This document shows positions 23,344 through 24,000 of a stretch of DNA of 24,000 nt, in pieces. How positions within the stretch are numbered: the first letter of the stretch is position 1; each line of letters starts with the position of its first letter. Both the position numbers and the translations under genes were made by a program. Source of the stretch: Methanolobus psychrophilus R15 (lineage in GTDB: Archaea > Halobacteriota > Methanosarcinia > Methanosarcinales > Methanosarcinaceae); contig CP003083.1 of the NCBI GenBank assembly GCA_000306725.1, positions 2,258,042 through 2,282,041 of the forward strand. Direction: 5' to 3'. Under the pieces are notes generated by a model that did no database searches, had not been told where the DNA came from, and was given only the letters and a program-made list of their open reading frames with translations.

Positions 23344-24000
23344 TTACTTTGAATGTACCGCTGTTTGCATGATATGTTCGTTTATCTTTATTAACTCTGG
23401 TTGTTTATCCAATAATTCCTTGATGTCTTTTAGCAAAAACATTTTTTTTGTAGGGTATAGATGTTGATAGATTTTTGTGATTAAGTCAAAGTCTTCTACT
23501 GTGTCCAGTGTAAGTCGTAAGTGACTCAAGTCTTCTTCATTTGATACATTATGCTGCTTAAAAAAATCAGTGTGTTCTCTTATATATGGTGTTACATGTT
23601 CTCTTTCATAATCTTCTTTTGCTTCGTTCCATGCTCTTTCAAGCACATTGAACGTGAAAATTTCTGTATCCATTCCTCTTGGATATGTAAGCTTTAAAGT
23701 ATTGGAACAGTAATCACAATCTTTATTCAGAAACTCTTCAATAACCTTATCTATTATGGTAGGGTCGATTAATGGGCAATCTGATGTGATTCTAATTATT
23801 ATATCAGCTTTAGTCTGTACAGCAGCTTTATAATACCTGTCAAGGACGTCGCTCTCACTTCCTCTCAACACGATGATTTTGTCACTATATTGTTTTATCG
23901 TGATGTCAATAATGTCGTTTTCGTCACCATATGGTATAGCGATGACAATTTCATCAATTAATGTGGAACTAGATATTCTGTCGATGTCCCAAAGTATTAT
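23344..24000 (-). CDS. SpsF/PseF-like acylneuraminate-type cytidylyltransferase; 5' end outside window
   Basis: The frame stays open upstream of the ORF track's GTG at 23871 all the way to nt 24000. My hand translation there is IILWDIDRISSSTLIDEIVIAIPYGDENDIIDITIKQYSDKIIVLRGSESDVLDRYY. This is followed by IIIRITSDCPLIDP and EREHVTPYI, which is typical of SpsF-type CTP-transferases. Confidence 0.7.
   Translation of the reverse strand: MILWDIDRISSSTLIDEIVIAIPYGDENDIIDITIKQYSDKIIVLRGSESDVLDRYYKAAVQTKADIIIRITSDCPLIDPTIIDKVIEEFLNKDCDYCSNTLKLTYPRGMDTEIFTFNVLERAWNEAKEDYEREHVTPYIREHTDFFKQHNVSNEEDLSHLRLTLDTVEDFDLITKIYQHLYPTKKMFLLKDIKELLDKQPELIKINEHIMQTAVHSK

Noticed and set aside
1-24000. Search for CRISPR arrays, tRNA/rRNA genes, transposases, integrases and defence-system hallmarks
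   Set aside because: I found no regularly spaced repeats, no structured-RNA candidates in the few gaps over 100 nt, and no DDE, tyrosine- or serine-recombinase or nuclease/helicase-type ORFs. The window appears to be motility, cofactor and glycosylation genes only.

Overview
Densely coding archaeal chromosome window, most likely from a Methanosarcinales-type methanogen. That inference rests on the archaellum genes, aglB and a homoaconitase-type small subunit. There are four blocks.

(1) nt 1-2410 (+): a 5'-truncated KaiC/RecA-like protein with a dead P-loop, a hybrid protein (P-loop-less KaiC-like N-domain plus receiver domain), and a stand-alone receiver. A convergent SAM-methyltransferase follows at 2412-3470 (-).

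(2) nt 3552-9990 (+): archaellum accessory/motor operon flaD/E-flaF-flaG-flaH-flaI-flaJ (ArlD-J). No archaellin (flaB/arlB) gene is present in the window.

(3) nt 10063-12471 (-): a three-gene operon. It has an aconitase-family small subunit carrying the homoaconitase-type YLRT loop, a Cys-rich 298-aa protein of unknown function, and an isopropylmalate/homoisocitrate-family dehydrogenase.

(4) nt 12594-24000 (-): oligosaccharyltransferase aglB, preceded in transcription order by a more AT-rich glycan cluster. That cluster holds a membrane GT2, a 491-aa KpsS/KpsC-like putative ulosonic-acid transferase, a very AT-rich methyltransferase, a PseI-type nonulosonic acid synthase, HAD, ATP-grasp, an atypical SDR, a PseH-like GNAT and a truncated SpsF/PseF-like cytidylyltransferase.

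I saw no rRNA or tRNA genes, CRISPR arrays, transposases or integrases.

Best novelty candidates:
- (a) the dead-KaiC/receiver module next to the archaellum motor genes;
- (b) the Cys-rich orphan translationally coupled inside the coenzyme-B-type hacB/dehydrogenase operon;
- (c) a pseudaminic-acid-type nonulosonic acid pathway with extra tailoring enzymes and a candidate transferase wired to aglB.

All family calls come from motif recognition by eye. No database search, HMM scan or structure prediction could be run.
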